Positions 22,144 through 31,564 of a stretch of 64,000 nucleotides of DNA are shown here, one piece after another. Within the stretch, counting starts at the first letter, position 1. Each line of letters opens with the position of its first letter. The notes beneath the pieces were generated by a model. The model was not told where the DNA came from. It did no database searches and saw nothing but the letters and a program-made list of their open reading frames with translations. This DNA comes from a phage, in the sequence record PZ386951.1; one strand, given 5' to 3'. A program made the position numbers and the translations under genes.

Positions 22144-23238
22144 ATGGCAATTGTTAAAGAAATAACTGCTGATTTAATTAAAAAGTCCGGTGAAACAATT
22201 TCAGCCGGACAGAGTACTAAATCAGAAGTAGGAACTAAAACATACACAGCCCAGTTTCCAACTGGGCGTGCTAGTGGTAATGACACTACAGGGGACTTCC
22301 AGGTAACAGATCTATATAAGAATGGATTATTATTTACTGCATACAATATGTCATCTAGGGATTCTGGAAGTCTTAGAACGATGAGATCTAACTACTCTTC
22401 TTCATCTTCGAGTATTTTACGTACAGCCAGAAACACTATCAGTAATACAGTATCAAAACTATCAAATGGACTAATATCAGATAATAATTCAGGAACAATA
22501 AGTAAAGTTCCTGTTGCAAATATTCTTTTACCTAGATCTAAATCTGACGTCGATACGTCATCACATAGATTTAATGATGTTCAAGATAGTCTTATTACAA
22601 AAGGCGGAGGAACTGCTACGGGCGTATTAAGTAATATGGCTTCAACTGCAGTATTTGGCGCGCTTGAAAGTATAACACAAGGAATAATGGCTGATAATAA
22701 TGAACAGATCTATACAACAGCTAGAAGTATGTATGGCGGTGCTGAAAATAGAACAAAAGTGTTCACCTGGGATTTGACTCCACGCTCAACAGAAGATTTA
22801 ATGGCTATTATTAATATCTATCAGTATTTTAACTATTTTTCTTACGGTGAAACTGGTAAATCTCAATATGCTGCTGAAATAAAAGGATATTTAGATGAGT
22901 GGTATCGTTCTACATTTATTGAACCATTAACGCCAGAAGACGCGATTAAAAACAAGACGTTATTTGAAAAAATGACATCGAGTTTAACGAACGTTCTTGT
23001 AGTTTCAAACCCGACAATTTGGATGGTGAAAAACTTTGGTGCAACTTCTAAATTTGATGGAAAGACTGAAGTATTCGGTCCATGCCAAATACAGAGTATT
23101 AGATTTGATAAAACACCAAATGGTAACTTTAATGGATTAGCTATTGCTCCTAACCTTCCAAGTTCTTTTACACTCGAGATTACTATGAGAGAGATTATTA
23201 CGTTAAACCGTGCTTCTTTATATACGGGGACTTTCTAA
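22144..23238 (+). CDS. 48: baseplate tail-tube cap gp48
   Basis: 364 aa, same length and position as T4 gp48. Confidence 0.9.
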   Translation: MAIVKEITADLIKKSGETISAGQSTKSEVGTKTYTAQFPTGRASGNDTTGDFQVTDLYKNGLLFTAYNMSSRDSGSLRTMRSNYSSSSSSILRTARNTISNTVSKLSNGLISDNNSGTISKVPVANILLPRSKSDVDTSSHRFNDVQDSLITKGGGTATGVLSNMASTAVFGALESITQGIMADNNEQIYTTARSMYGGAENRTKVFTWDLTPRSTEDLMAIINIYQYFNYFSYGETGKSQYAAEIKGYLDEWYRSTFIEPLTPEDAIKNKTLFEKMTSSLTNVLVVSNPTIWMVKNFGATSKFDGKTEVFGPCQIQSIRFDKTPNGNFNGLAIAPNLPSSFTLEITMREIITLNRASLYTGTF

Positions 23239-24203
23239 TGTATTCTTTAGAGGAATTTAATAATCAAGCAATAAACGCAGACTTCCAACGTAATAATATG
23301 TTCAGCTGTGTTTTTGCTACAACTCCATCAACTAAAAGCTCTTCGTTGATAAGCTCAATTAGTAACTTTGCTTATAATAACTTGGGTCTAAATTCAGATT
23401 GGTTAGGATTAACTCAAGGTGATATTAATCAGGGAATTACCACGCTAATTACAGCTGGCACACAAAAACTAATAAGAAAATCGGGAGTCAGTAAATATCT
23501 TATTGGCGCTATGAGTCAGCGTACTGTCCAGAGTTTATTAGGCTCATTTACAGTTGGTACATATTTAATTGACTTCTTTAACATGGCATATAACTCATCT
23601 GGATTGATGATATATTCTGTAAAAATGCCAGAAAATAGATTATCTTATGAAACTGACTGGAACTATAACTCTCCTAATATTCGTATAACTGGAAGAGAAT
23701 TAGACCCTTTGGTTATTTCATTCAGAATGGATTCAGAAGCTTGTAACTATCGTGCAATGCAAGACTGGGTTAACGCTGTTCAAGACCCAGTAACTGGATT
23801 GCGTGCTTTGCCACAAGATGTCGAGGCAGATATTCAGGTTAATCTTCATTCTCGTAATGGATTGCCTCATACTGCGGTGATGTTCACCGGATGCATTCCA
23901 GTGTCAGTGAGCGCTCCTGAGTTATCATATGATGGAGATAACCAAATAACTACATTTGATGTTACTTTTGCGTATAGAGTGATGCAGGCTGGAGCAGTTG
24001 ATAGACAAGCTGCGCTTGAATGGCTTGAATCTGCTGCTATAAATGGTATTCAAAGCGTTCTCGGAAATAGTGGAGGTGTTACTGGACTATCTAATTCGCT
24101 TTCACGACTCAGTAGATTAGGGGGAACTGCTGGAAGCATTTCAAACATTAATACCATGACAGGAATTGTTAATTCGCAAAGTAAAATATTAGGAGCAATA
24201 TAA
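23238..24203 (+). CDS. 54: baseplate tail-tube initiator gp54
   Basis: 321 aa; T4 gp54 position; start overlaps the gene 48 stop. Confidence 0.9.
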   Translation: MYSLEEFNNQAINADFQRNNMFSCVFATTPSTKSSSLISSISNFAYNNLGLNSDWLGLTQGDINQGITTLITAGTQKLIRKSGVSKYLIGAMSQRTVQSLLGSFTVGTYLIDFFNMAYNSSGLMIYSVKMPENRLSYETDWNYNSPNIRITGRELDPLVISFRMDSEACNYRAMQDWVNAVQDPVTGLRALPQDVEADIQVNLHSRNGLPHTAVMFTGCIPVSVSAPELSYDGDNQITTFDVTFAYRVMQAGAVDRQAALEWLESAAINGIQSVLGNSGGVTGLSNSLSRLSRLGGTAGSISNINTMTGIVNSQSKILGAI

Positions 24204-24207
24204 TAAT

Positions 24208-24225
24208 GGGGACCTTTCGGTCCCC
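24208..24225. terminator. GC-rich hairpin GGGGACC-TTTCG-GTCCCC with T tract
   Basis: inverted repeat then ATATTTTTATTT; between convergent gene 54 and the alt-region genes. Confidence 0.6.
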
Positions 24226-24231
24226 ATATTT

Positions 24232-24522
24232 TTATTTACGGAATGAAATGAAAGCAGCAACTGAAGCAACTAAACTGTCTTCAATATAAACTTCAATTTT
24301 TACCGGAGCTTCTGACTCAAATTTACCTGTTACTACACCCTGAAAAATACTTTCAGTCTGTTCTGGCTTTGAAAAATTTTCAGAAGGAAAAATTCCGAAC
24401 TTTTTATCTGTTCCAAAAATTTTAATAAATTCATCGTAAACTGCTTCATTAAAAGCATTATCAGCAGGAATAACGCCTTCAACTACAAGTTCTTGACCTA
24501 AAAAGCGCAAAGAAGATTTCAT
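24232..24522 (-). CDS. hypothetical protein (alt.-3 position)
   Basis: 96 aa with ATG start; GAGG Shine-Dalgarno; has its own upstream promoter cassette. Confidence 0.6.
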   Translation of the reverse strand: MKSSLRFLGQELVVEGVIPADNAFNEAVYDEFIKIFGTDKKFGIFPSENFSKPEQTESIFQGVVTGKFESEAPVKIEVYIEDSLVASVAAFISFRK

Positions 24523-24530
24523 TTTGTGTT

Positions 24531-24583
24531 CCTCATGTTATGTCAGTAAGACTACTATAACACAACACGAGGGGCTTGTAAAC
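24531..24583 (-). promoter_or_regulatory. early promoter plus stem-loop cassette (PeSL-like), copy 1
   Basis: minus-strand GTTTAC, 17 nt spacer, TATAGT; inverted repeat CCTCATGTT/AACACGAGG encloses the -10; 51 of 53 nt identical to 39508-39559. Confidence 0.55.
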
Positions 24584-26640
24584 TACATTTTGAACTTTTT
24601 AGACATTCCGTTAATGTTAACCAAAGAAGCTAAGATTTGAGAAACTTCGTTTTCCTCTTCTTTTGATTCTTCTACAAGGAATTGATTAAATCCAGTCATT
24701 GGACGAACTTCACCAGTTTCCATTAGATGGTCGCCATCATATACTGATTCCTCTAATTGTTCAGAAGGAGGAACGATTGTACCTTCGATTAGATACTTGT
24801 TATAAGCAGTTTCTTTCATAAAGTACGTACTTACTTTATTAATCTTCAGTAAAATTCCACGCGGTAGAATAACTTCAGCTTCTGATGGAAATCCTGATAA
24901 ATGACCTGGAACAATAACTTTGATTCGCTCAGCTCCTTTAATTACCATACCCACGCTAGTTTCAGCATCTTCATTAGCATATGTAGAATGACTACCCATA
25001 TGCATCAAATCTTCTGCATCAACGGAACCTTCTACTTCGCCAGAAAACGCTGCACCGGAATCATCTAGAGCCATATAGTTTTTACCATGCTCACCGAAGA
25101 TATTTGGTTTAAGCGATGTGGATACGAAGTTCTTGAAATAGAACATTTTGTTTTCAATGTTATGACGCAAAGTTTTAAATGTAACTTCTTGTCCACGGTA
25201 AAGTGTAGTTCCTGGAGGAAGAACTGAACCTTTAGCGAATGCAGAATCAAGCGTCTCAATATGTTTAATAGCTCGTTCCATATATTCTTCACGGGTAGAA
25301 TCTGGTTTACCCAAAAGGAACGAGTTCATTTCAACATATGAATCTGCACAATAATCTTCAATTACATCAGATTCAGCTTGAGTTAATCCTTTTGGAGTTA
25401 CTTCGGTGCTTGCGTATTCATATGCCTGGGCAGCAGATTCATTAATCAATTTATAAATGCCATTCATGACAAATTGAATAATAGCTGTCTTTTCATCTGG
25501 CGTGGCTTTAGAACCTTTAACTAAATCATTAATAATTTTCTTAATAACATCAAAGCTATTAGAAATATTAATGTCAGCAAGATCGCTTAAAATTTTATCA
25601 GTTTTATAATCAAAGAATTCTTTATTCTTTAAATATTCTTGAGAACCTTGATATGTTATATCGCTCTGCAACTTGATAGATGGATCACGTAAACGCGCAT
25701 GGGCTAATGCAATATGATTTCGGAAGTTTTCTAGTTCATAATCGCTAGATTTAAAACGAGAAGCACTCCTCATACCACCGATAGCTCCTTTGCTGAAGTT
25801 TGAACCAATCTGGATAACGCCAGAGTTCATCGGACCTTCTGCTTTATATACCGGAACTTTAGATTCAAACTCTTGATATTTCTTAGCAGCGAAGCTATCA
25901 CCCTGAAGTGAAGCATCAACAGTAGAATATTGAGCTTGTGCTGCTAATCGACGACTAATTTTAGTTTTCTGAATAACAGCTTGATCCGTACGCTTATCAT
26001 TTTCTTGTGCAATAGAAGCAGCAACAGCAACAGCTTTAGGAACAGCATTACCTGTTTTAACGTCTACATAAACATCACCAACCTTTGATTCAACTTTTGT
26101 GAATAACTCAGTTGAAATAGGAGGTACACCTGGAATGTCTTCTAAATTGGCATTTTTACGGTAAACCATAATATATGCATACTTTTTATCATAGTCCCAG
26201 ATTTCCTTTAAAAGAACATATCGACCTGCTCCTTTAGTACGTACTAAACGGTCAGCAATAACTTGCATTTGACGAGCAGCGCCATTTGTTTTACTTTTTA
26301 GTACGCGGAATAAGCATGCATCAATTTTATACTGCTTCATTGTTTGAAGAGCAGTATCAAAAACAGCATTAATGACGCCAATTGGATTTCCACCCAAGTT
26401 TCTAAGCTTAACCAGCGATAATTTCTCGTTGACACCTATCATTACGATATGCATCATTTTGTCGCCCGGCTTAACGTTTTTATTTGTATCACCGCCAGAG
26501 GTGTATGTACAAAATCTAAATCCAGGAAGAACGATTTCTTCACCGGCTTGAATAGCAAAAATTTGTGGTATTTTATGCTTAGGATTTAAGTTAACAACCG
26601 GCGCCGAAGCGCCGTCAAATAATTCTGTAATAAGTTCCAT
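24583..26640 (-). CDS. Alt-like ADP-ribosyltransferase paralog
   Basis: 685 aa; N-terminus MELITELFD and C-terminal ART motifs YRGQ, FVSTSL, SEAEVILPRG shared with the adjacent alt; central region divergent. Confidence 0.8.
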   Translation of the reverse strand: MELITELFDGASAPVVNLNPKHKIPQIFAIQAGEEIVLPGFRFCTYTSGGDTNKNVKPGDKMMHIVMIGVNEKLSLVKLRNLGGNPIGVINAVFDTALQTMKQYKIDACLFRVLKSKTNGAARQMQVIADRLVRTKGAGRYVLLKEIWDYDKKYAYIMVYRKNANLEDIPGVPPISTELFTKVESKVGDVYVDVKTGNAVPKAVAVAASIAQENDKRTDQAVIQKTKISRRLAAQAQYSTVDASLQGDSFAAKKYQEFESKVPVYKAEGPMNSGVIQIGSNFSKGAIGGMRSASRFKSSDYELENFRNHIALAHARLRDPSIKLQSDITYQGSQEYLKNKEFFDYKTDKILSDLADINISNSFDVIKKIINDLVKGSKATPDEKTAIIQFVMNGIYKLINESAAQAYEYASTEVTPKGLTQAESDVIEDYCADSYVEMNSFLLGKPDSTREEYMERAIKHIETLDSAFAKGSVLPPGTTLYRGQEVTFKTLRHNIENKMFYFKNFVSTSLKPNIFGEHGKNYMALDDSGAAFSGEVEGSVDAEDLMHMGSHSTYANEDAETSVGMVIKGAERIKVIVPGHLSGFPSEAEVILPRGILLKINKVSTYFMKETAYNKYLIEGTIVPPSEQLEESVYDGDHLMETGEVRPMTGFNQFLVEESKEEENEVSQILASLVNINGMSKKFKM

Positions 26641-26643
26641 GAT

Positions 26644-28740
26644 TTATCCTTGAACGAACTTGTAAGGCATGTTTGTAATATCTATGCAAGACGCAATAAT
26701 TCCGAGAGATGATTCTACTTTCTGTTTAACATTTGATGAAACAAATGATGCAAAGTCAACTCTGTCTTCTATTTCAATATCACCTGTCATTGCAACTACT
26801 TCGCCGGTTTCCATTAAATGGTCTCCGTCATAGATTACCGATTCGGTGAGCTCTTCCGTGGTCATAACTTCAGCTTGAATGAGTTTTGTATTATTAGACG
26901 TGGTTCCGTCATTATTAGAAGCATCAGTTATTTTATTAACTTTGACCATCAATCCACGCGGTAGAATAACTTCAGCTTCTGTTGCTATTCCGAGACTTCC
27001 TGGATATACAACATTAACTTTATGAGCTCCATCAATTGCCCATCCTATTTGAACTTTAACGTATTCAGGATTTTCTTTATACGCTCTTATTTCGTTTGGA
27101 TTAATAGTTATTCCTTCTTCATTTTTATCAACTGTTAATTCATTGCGAGCTTCTGGTTCTAAAAGACCAATACCAGCATGTGTGATTCCAAAACGTCCAA
27201 AAATGATAGGAGTTAAAGAAGTAGATACAAAATTTCTGAAGTAGAACACTTTATTTTTAACTAACGCTTCATATATAGGAGCAGTCATACTTTGAGCACG
27301 ATAAACTGTAATGCCTTCTGGTATACGGTCACCATTTTCAAAAGCTGAATCTAAGTTATTTATAGCAGATTCAATTTCTTTTTCACTCATTACATCGTAT
27401 CGTTCTGGATTGTAACGACCTAAAAGAAGATTATTAATGTCTGTATATCCTGAACCGCAATATTCTCTAATGCCACGCTTTTGTGATGGAGTATATTTAG
27501 AACCATCGCGGGCAATAGTAATATCAATCATTGGACCGGCACCAATTCCAGAAAAACTGTAAATCATTCGTTTGAGGAATTTAGTTTTTGCTGCGTTCCA
27601 GGAATTTTTAGTTATTTCTTCCCAGACTTCGTCTGGTTGCCCTTTACGAGTTTTATTATGTTTATCAAGCCAATTATCTTTATATTCTTCAAAGAATTTA
27701 TTAACAGCTGCTGCGTATTTCTCTAAACATTTTATTGAAGTAGTTGGTTCATTTTTGATTGCGTTAAAAATTACATCTTTAATTTTTTCTGAAACTTCAT
27801 CAACCTCACTTTTTGAAAAGAATTTATAGTCATAGTGAAGTTCATTCGCAGTTCCTTCGGCAATAATTTTTGCTGCCTTAGTTTTAGAAGCTAATGAATT
27901 AATTCCAAGCTTCATTTCTTCTGCTTCGGGAATTAAAGGAGCGTCAGCAGGTTTATTTAATTCTGCTGCTGAAGCCTCAAATTTTTGAAATATCGGCGTT
28001 TCAAATCTAGAAGATTCCAACGACTGACTTTGTGCAATTGCTCTACGGGAAATTTTAACTTTAACGATTACCGCTTGGTCAGAACGTTTATCATTTTCTT
28101 GCGCAATAGATGCTGCAATTGCCTCATTTTTAGTTACTTGGGCTCCAGTATCTTTATTGATATAAACATCACCGACCTTCGATTCAACTTTAGCAAAGAG
28201 CTCGGTACTAATTTCCGGAACTCCTGGAATGTCTTCTAGTGATACATTTTTGCGATGTATAAGAATATATGCATACTTTTTGTCGTAATCCCAGAGTTCC
28301 TTGAGAAGGACGTATCTGCCACCTGAACGACTACGGATAAGTCTATCAGCAATAACTTGAATTTGTCGAGCTTGGCCAGCAGTTTTAGACTTAAGAATAC
28401 GAAGCATACAAGCATCAATTTTATACTGACGCATCGTTTGCATTGCAACAGTAAAAACTGAATTGATATAATTAATTGGGCTTGGACCAAGACCTTTTAA
28501 TTTAGCAATTGAACCTTTAGCAGTTAATGTAAAAGGAACAATATGCATCATTTTATCGCCCATCTTTAAATCGCGATTAGTATCACCTCCAGATGTATAG
28601 GTACATAAACGAAAGCCTGGTTGTTCAATTGCGTCATCAACATGAACTGAAAAAATTTGTGGTATTTTCTTCTTTGGATTTAAGTTTGTAATCGGAAGAG
28701 TAGTATCTTCGTCAAATAATTCTGTAATGAGTTCCATCAT
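26644..28740 (-). CDS. alt: Alt ADP-ribosyltransferase (packaged, injected with DNA)
   Basis: 698 aa; MMELITELFDEDTTLPITNL matches T4 Alt as recalled; R-S-EXE motifs YRAQ, FVSTSL, TEAEVILPRG. Confidence 0.88.
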   Translation of the reverse strand: MMELITELFDEDTTLPITNLNPKKKIPQIFSVHVDDAIEQPGFRLCTYTSGGDTNRDLKMGDKMMHIVPFTLTAKGSIAKLKGLGPSPINYINSVFTVAMQTMRQYKIDACMLRILKSKTAGQARQIQVIADRLIRSRSGGRYVLLKELWDYDKKYAYILIHRKNVSLEDIPGVPEISTELFAKVESKVGDVYINKDTGAQVTKNEAIAASIAQENDKRSDQAVIVKVKISRRAIAQSQSLESSRFETPIFQKFEASAAELNKPADAPLIPEAEEMKLGINSLASKTKAAKIIAEGTANELHYDYKFFSKSEVDEVSEKIKDVIFNAIKNEPTTSIKCLEKYAAAVNKFFEEYKDNWLDKHNKTRKGQPDEVWEEITKNSWNAAKTKFLKRMIYSFSGIGAGPMIDITIARDGSKYTPSQKRGIREYCGSGYTDINNLLLGRYNPERYDVMSEKEIESAINNLDSAFENGDRIPEGITVYRAQSMTAPIYEALVKNKVFYFRNFVSTSLTPIIFGRFGITHAGIGLLEPEARNELTVDKNEEGITINPNEIRAYKENPEYVKVQIGWAIDGAHKVNVVYPGSLGIATEAEVILPRGLMVKVNKITDASNNDGTTSNNTKLIQAEVMTTEELTESVIYDGDHLMETGEVVAMTGDIEIEDRVDFASFVSSNVKQKVESSLGIIASCIDITNMPYKFVQG

Positions 28741-28773
28741 ATCCTCTCTAGTGTTTATTCTATTTATAAAATT

Positions 28774-28791
28774 AAAGGCCCGAAGGCCTTT
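28774..28791. terminator. hairpin AAAGGCC-CGAA-GGCCTTT
   Basis: perfect inverted repeat between the small ORF and alt. Confidence 0.5.
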
Positions 28792-28978
28792 AATAATCTA
28801 TTGGTAAGAGAGTACGATATATTTCAAACTTTGGACCTTTTTCATAAGCATCAAAAGTTTCTGTGAATTTATTATAAGCATATGCATCTACAAATTCGAG
28901 AATGACTTGTGATACAGAAGTAGAAACATCTCCACCTTCTTTTTGAGCAATGACAATTGTTTCTAAGTAAGCTTTCAT
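28790..28978 (-). CDS. hypothetical small protein
   Basis: 62 aa with ATG start; start overlaps the gene 30 stop. Confidence 0.45.
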   Translation of the reverse strand: MKAYLETIVIAQKEGGDVSTSVSQVILEFVDAYAYNKFTETFDAYEKGPKFEIYRTLLPIDY

Positions 28979-30438
28979 AAACCAGTTACCTCATGAAAAT
29001 CGCCAAATACATCTTCGAACGTATTAGCTTTAGTTTTATCTTCACGTAAACGAATCGCAATCGGAAGAAATAATTTAACGTAATCAGTGCGGCCATCAGA
29101 TTTTAACCAACCGTTGCATTCGCACTCTAGAATTTTTCCAATATAATAATTTTGGTTTTCCATAATGCGAGTACGGTCAAGTTCATGTGATTTTACGCCG
29201 GCTTTATCTTTTAAGCCTGAACCAGCATTTACTTTAATTTTTCCACACTCTGACTCAAGAATAAATCCACCTGCTTTAGTAGGGTCTTTACGGTGAGGAT
29301 AAATTCCTACAATTTTTAAATCAACATCAATTACTTCTTTAAATTTATAAAGATTTTTTGAACGAGCATTTTCCCATAATCCATCGATATTTTTGAGAAT
29401 AATACCTTCAAGACCTTGGTCAATATACTTTTTATAAATTACCTTAGCTTCATCTAGGTTATTTACTACTTGGTTTTCAATTAAAATTACTTTATCATAG
29501 CCTGATGTCATTTGTTCTAGTTTAGAAAAACGTACATCATATTTTAAACGAAATGCAGGAAGACCGTATATTTCTACCAACGGGACATAATCCCAGACCT
29601 GAAACTTCATGCATTGAGCTTCTTTTTCAGAAATGGTTCCCTTTAAAGATTTATTGGCGATGCCATTAGATGCAGTACGTGATTCAGCTACTTCGGCGAA
29701 TTCTTTATCTTTACTAATTTCAGGATAAGCATCAAAAAGAAAATCTAGGCCTTCTGGCTCCTTTTTAACTTGCTCATGGTATACCAATTCGCCATCAATT
29801 AACACACCTTCTGGATGAATCTGGCGGGCTTCGGCGGTCATTTTAATTAACTCTTCCTTAAGAAGATCTAATCCTAGATATTCATTACCAGCTCGTGATA
29901 AAAGACGAACATCATCTAATTCATCACCTCTAACTTCAGCAAAACACCGAGCCCCATCAGCTTTTAACTGGGCAAAGGCTGGAAATTTGATATTCTTATT
30001 AATGCCTTTTTCATCATAAGAACTTGCAAGCATTTGAGGTTGTTCAGGAATTAAACCTGGCCAAACTTTGTTTGCAATAGATATTGAAGCACCGCATTCA
30101 AGGTCTCGCATCATCACTCGACGCAAAACTTCAACATCATCTTTTTTACCATCAGTAATATATCCAGTTAATTCCTCAATTGCCGCATTTCCAGTCAATT
30201 TCCGAGTAGCTAACGTGAATTCAATGAAGTCAAGCATATCGGTAAGAGTCAACATTCCAAAACTCTGGGTAGCAATACCCGGTTTAGGCCATTTCTTGAT
30301 ATAATACTGTAACCCACGAGAATAAGTCAGACGATATACTCGTTTAAGCAATTCATTATCTTTATTCTTTTCAAGAATTGCTTGCTTCTGCTTAGTTGAA
30401 CCAATAGATGCTATTTCGTTCAGAATTTTAAGAATCAT
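28975..30438 (-). CDS. 30: ATP-dependent DNA ligase gp30
   Basis: 487 aa; MILKILNEIASIGSTKQKQAILEKNKDNELLKRVYRLTYS and KADGAR adenylation motif; matches T4 DNA ligase. Confidence 0.96.
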   Translation of the reverse strand: MILKILNEIASIGSTKQKQAILEKNKDNELLKRVYRLTYSRGLQYYIKKWPKPGIATQSFGMLTLTDMLDFIEFTLATRKLTGNAAIEELTGYITDGKKDDVEVLRRVMMRDLECGASISIANKVWPGLIPEQPQMLASSYDEKGINKNIKFPAFAQLKADGARCFAEVRGDELDDVRLLSRAGNEYLGLDLLKEELIKMTAEARQIHPEGVLIDGELVYHEQVKKEPEGLDFLFDAYPEISKDKEFAEVAESRTASNGIANKSLKGTISEKEAQCMKFQVWDYVPLVEIYGLPAFRLKYDVRFSKLEQMTSGYDKVILIENQVVNNLDEAKVIYKKYIDQGLEGIILKNIDGLWENARSKNLYKFKEVIDVDLKIVGIYPHRKDPTKAGGFILESECGKIKVNAGSGLKDKAGVKSHELDRTRIMENQNYYIGKILECECNGWLKSDGRTDYVKLFLPIAIRLREDKTKANTFEDVFGDFHEVTGL

Positions 30439-30704
30439 TGTTCATCCTTTAGAGTTTGGTTTACAGCTCTATTATAAATCAATTCATCATTAAGCTCAGG
30501 CAAAGACCTATGATATGTAGTTCTAACTTTATTTCCTTGCATCCAGTGCTTGACGTAAATGAAACCTTGTTCTACGCATTTTTTAAAAATTCGTTCGTCT
30601 TTTTGAGCTCGGAATTCTGGATTGCATCTAAAAAATTGATTTACGTGACCGTAATCACGTGTAGTATTACCTTCATTTTCATAAATAGTGTGAACAACAA
30701 ACAT
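30435..30704 (-). CDS. hypothetical protein (30.1 position)
   Basis: 89 aa with ATG start; operon packing. Confidence 0.55.
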   Translation of the reverse strand: MFVVHTIYENEGNTTRDYGHVNQFFRCNPEFRAQKDERIFKKCVEQGFIYVKHWMQGNKVRTTYHRSLPELNDELIYNRAVNQTLKDEQ

Positions 30705-31564
30705 TAGAATGCTCCTTGGAAAATATTATCACCACTACCACTAGTAAGTCTATTAAAATACCCTGAGTCGCCAGGCTTAATATAACTCCACGTATGGAAT
30801 GGATGGAATGGATTCTGATATGAGTGTGTATAATATGGATGATATGGATTATAAGGATTAAATCCAGGAGTTCTCCAAGTAGTGTTCCAACGAAAAGAAT
30901 CGTTTTTAATCATCTTTTCAATTACATCTTTTATAGCTTTTTCACTATCAAAACTTTCTTTATTTTCCTTCGATGGAAAAAGCTTATTCTCTACATCATT
31001 CCATGTATAAACTCGCTGTGCAGTTTTTGGAATACTGTCACGCTCTCCTCGAGCCATCCAATAAACAGGAACATTTAATATTTCACTCGCGTGATCGCAG
31101 TGGTGAGCGAGATCGTCAATATAACAAATTACGTTATATTTTTCTTTTGCCTTTTTGAACAGCTCTTCTTTTGAAGAATCATGACCACACATCAGTACTT
31201 CTGAGAAGGCACCAGGAAAAAGAGCATTCAAATTAAATTGACGATTCAGCAGAGCGTCAATAGAATCACCCAATGCTGTAACAGCTACAAAATTATAATC
31301 TTCTTTTAATTTGTTAATTACACACAGGGCATCTTTATATGGAGACAAATAACGAATAAAATCTGAACGATTATACTTTTCGATTAATTTAACACCAAGT
31401 TCTTCATCACAGTTAAAGAGTTTACCAGGAGAAATAAATTTTTCGTCCTGAATCATTTTTAAAATATGTTCTAATGGAAGATTATATTTCTGAGCAAAAT
31501 AAGGAAGGCCTGATTGCCAGCTTAAACATACTCCATCAATATCAGTTAAAATAGTAGGCTTCAT
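30704..31564 (-). CDS. HAD-like hydrolase with Pro/Tyr/His-rich C-terminal tail (30.2 position)
   Basis: 286 aa; N-terminal ILTDIDGVCL resembles HAD motif I; C-terminal NPYNPYHPYYTHSYQNPFHPFHTW low-complexity tail. Confidence 0.6.
   Translation of the reverse strand: MKPTILTDIDGVCLSWQSGLPYFAQKYNLPLEHILKMIQDEKFISPGKLFNCDEELGVKLIEKYNRSDFIRYLSPYKDALCVINKLKEDYNFVAVTALGDSIDALLNRQFNLNALFPGAFSEVLMCGHDSSKEELFKKAKEKYNVICYIDDLAHHCDHASEILNVPVYWMARGERDSIPKTAQRVYTWNDVENKLFPSKENKESFDSEKAIKDVIEKMIKNDSFRWNTTWRTPGFNPYNPYHPYYTHSYQNPFHPFHTWSYIKPGDSGYFNRLTSGSGDNIFQGAF

Noticed and set aside
21842-22150. 102 aa minus-strand ORF inside gene 29
   Set aside because: Fully antisense to a well-supported structural gene. 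The same applies to other track ORFs such as 1142-1342, 27572-27829, 48921-49400 and 58042-58320.
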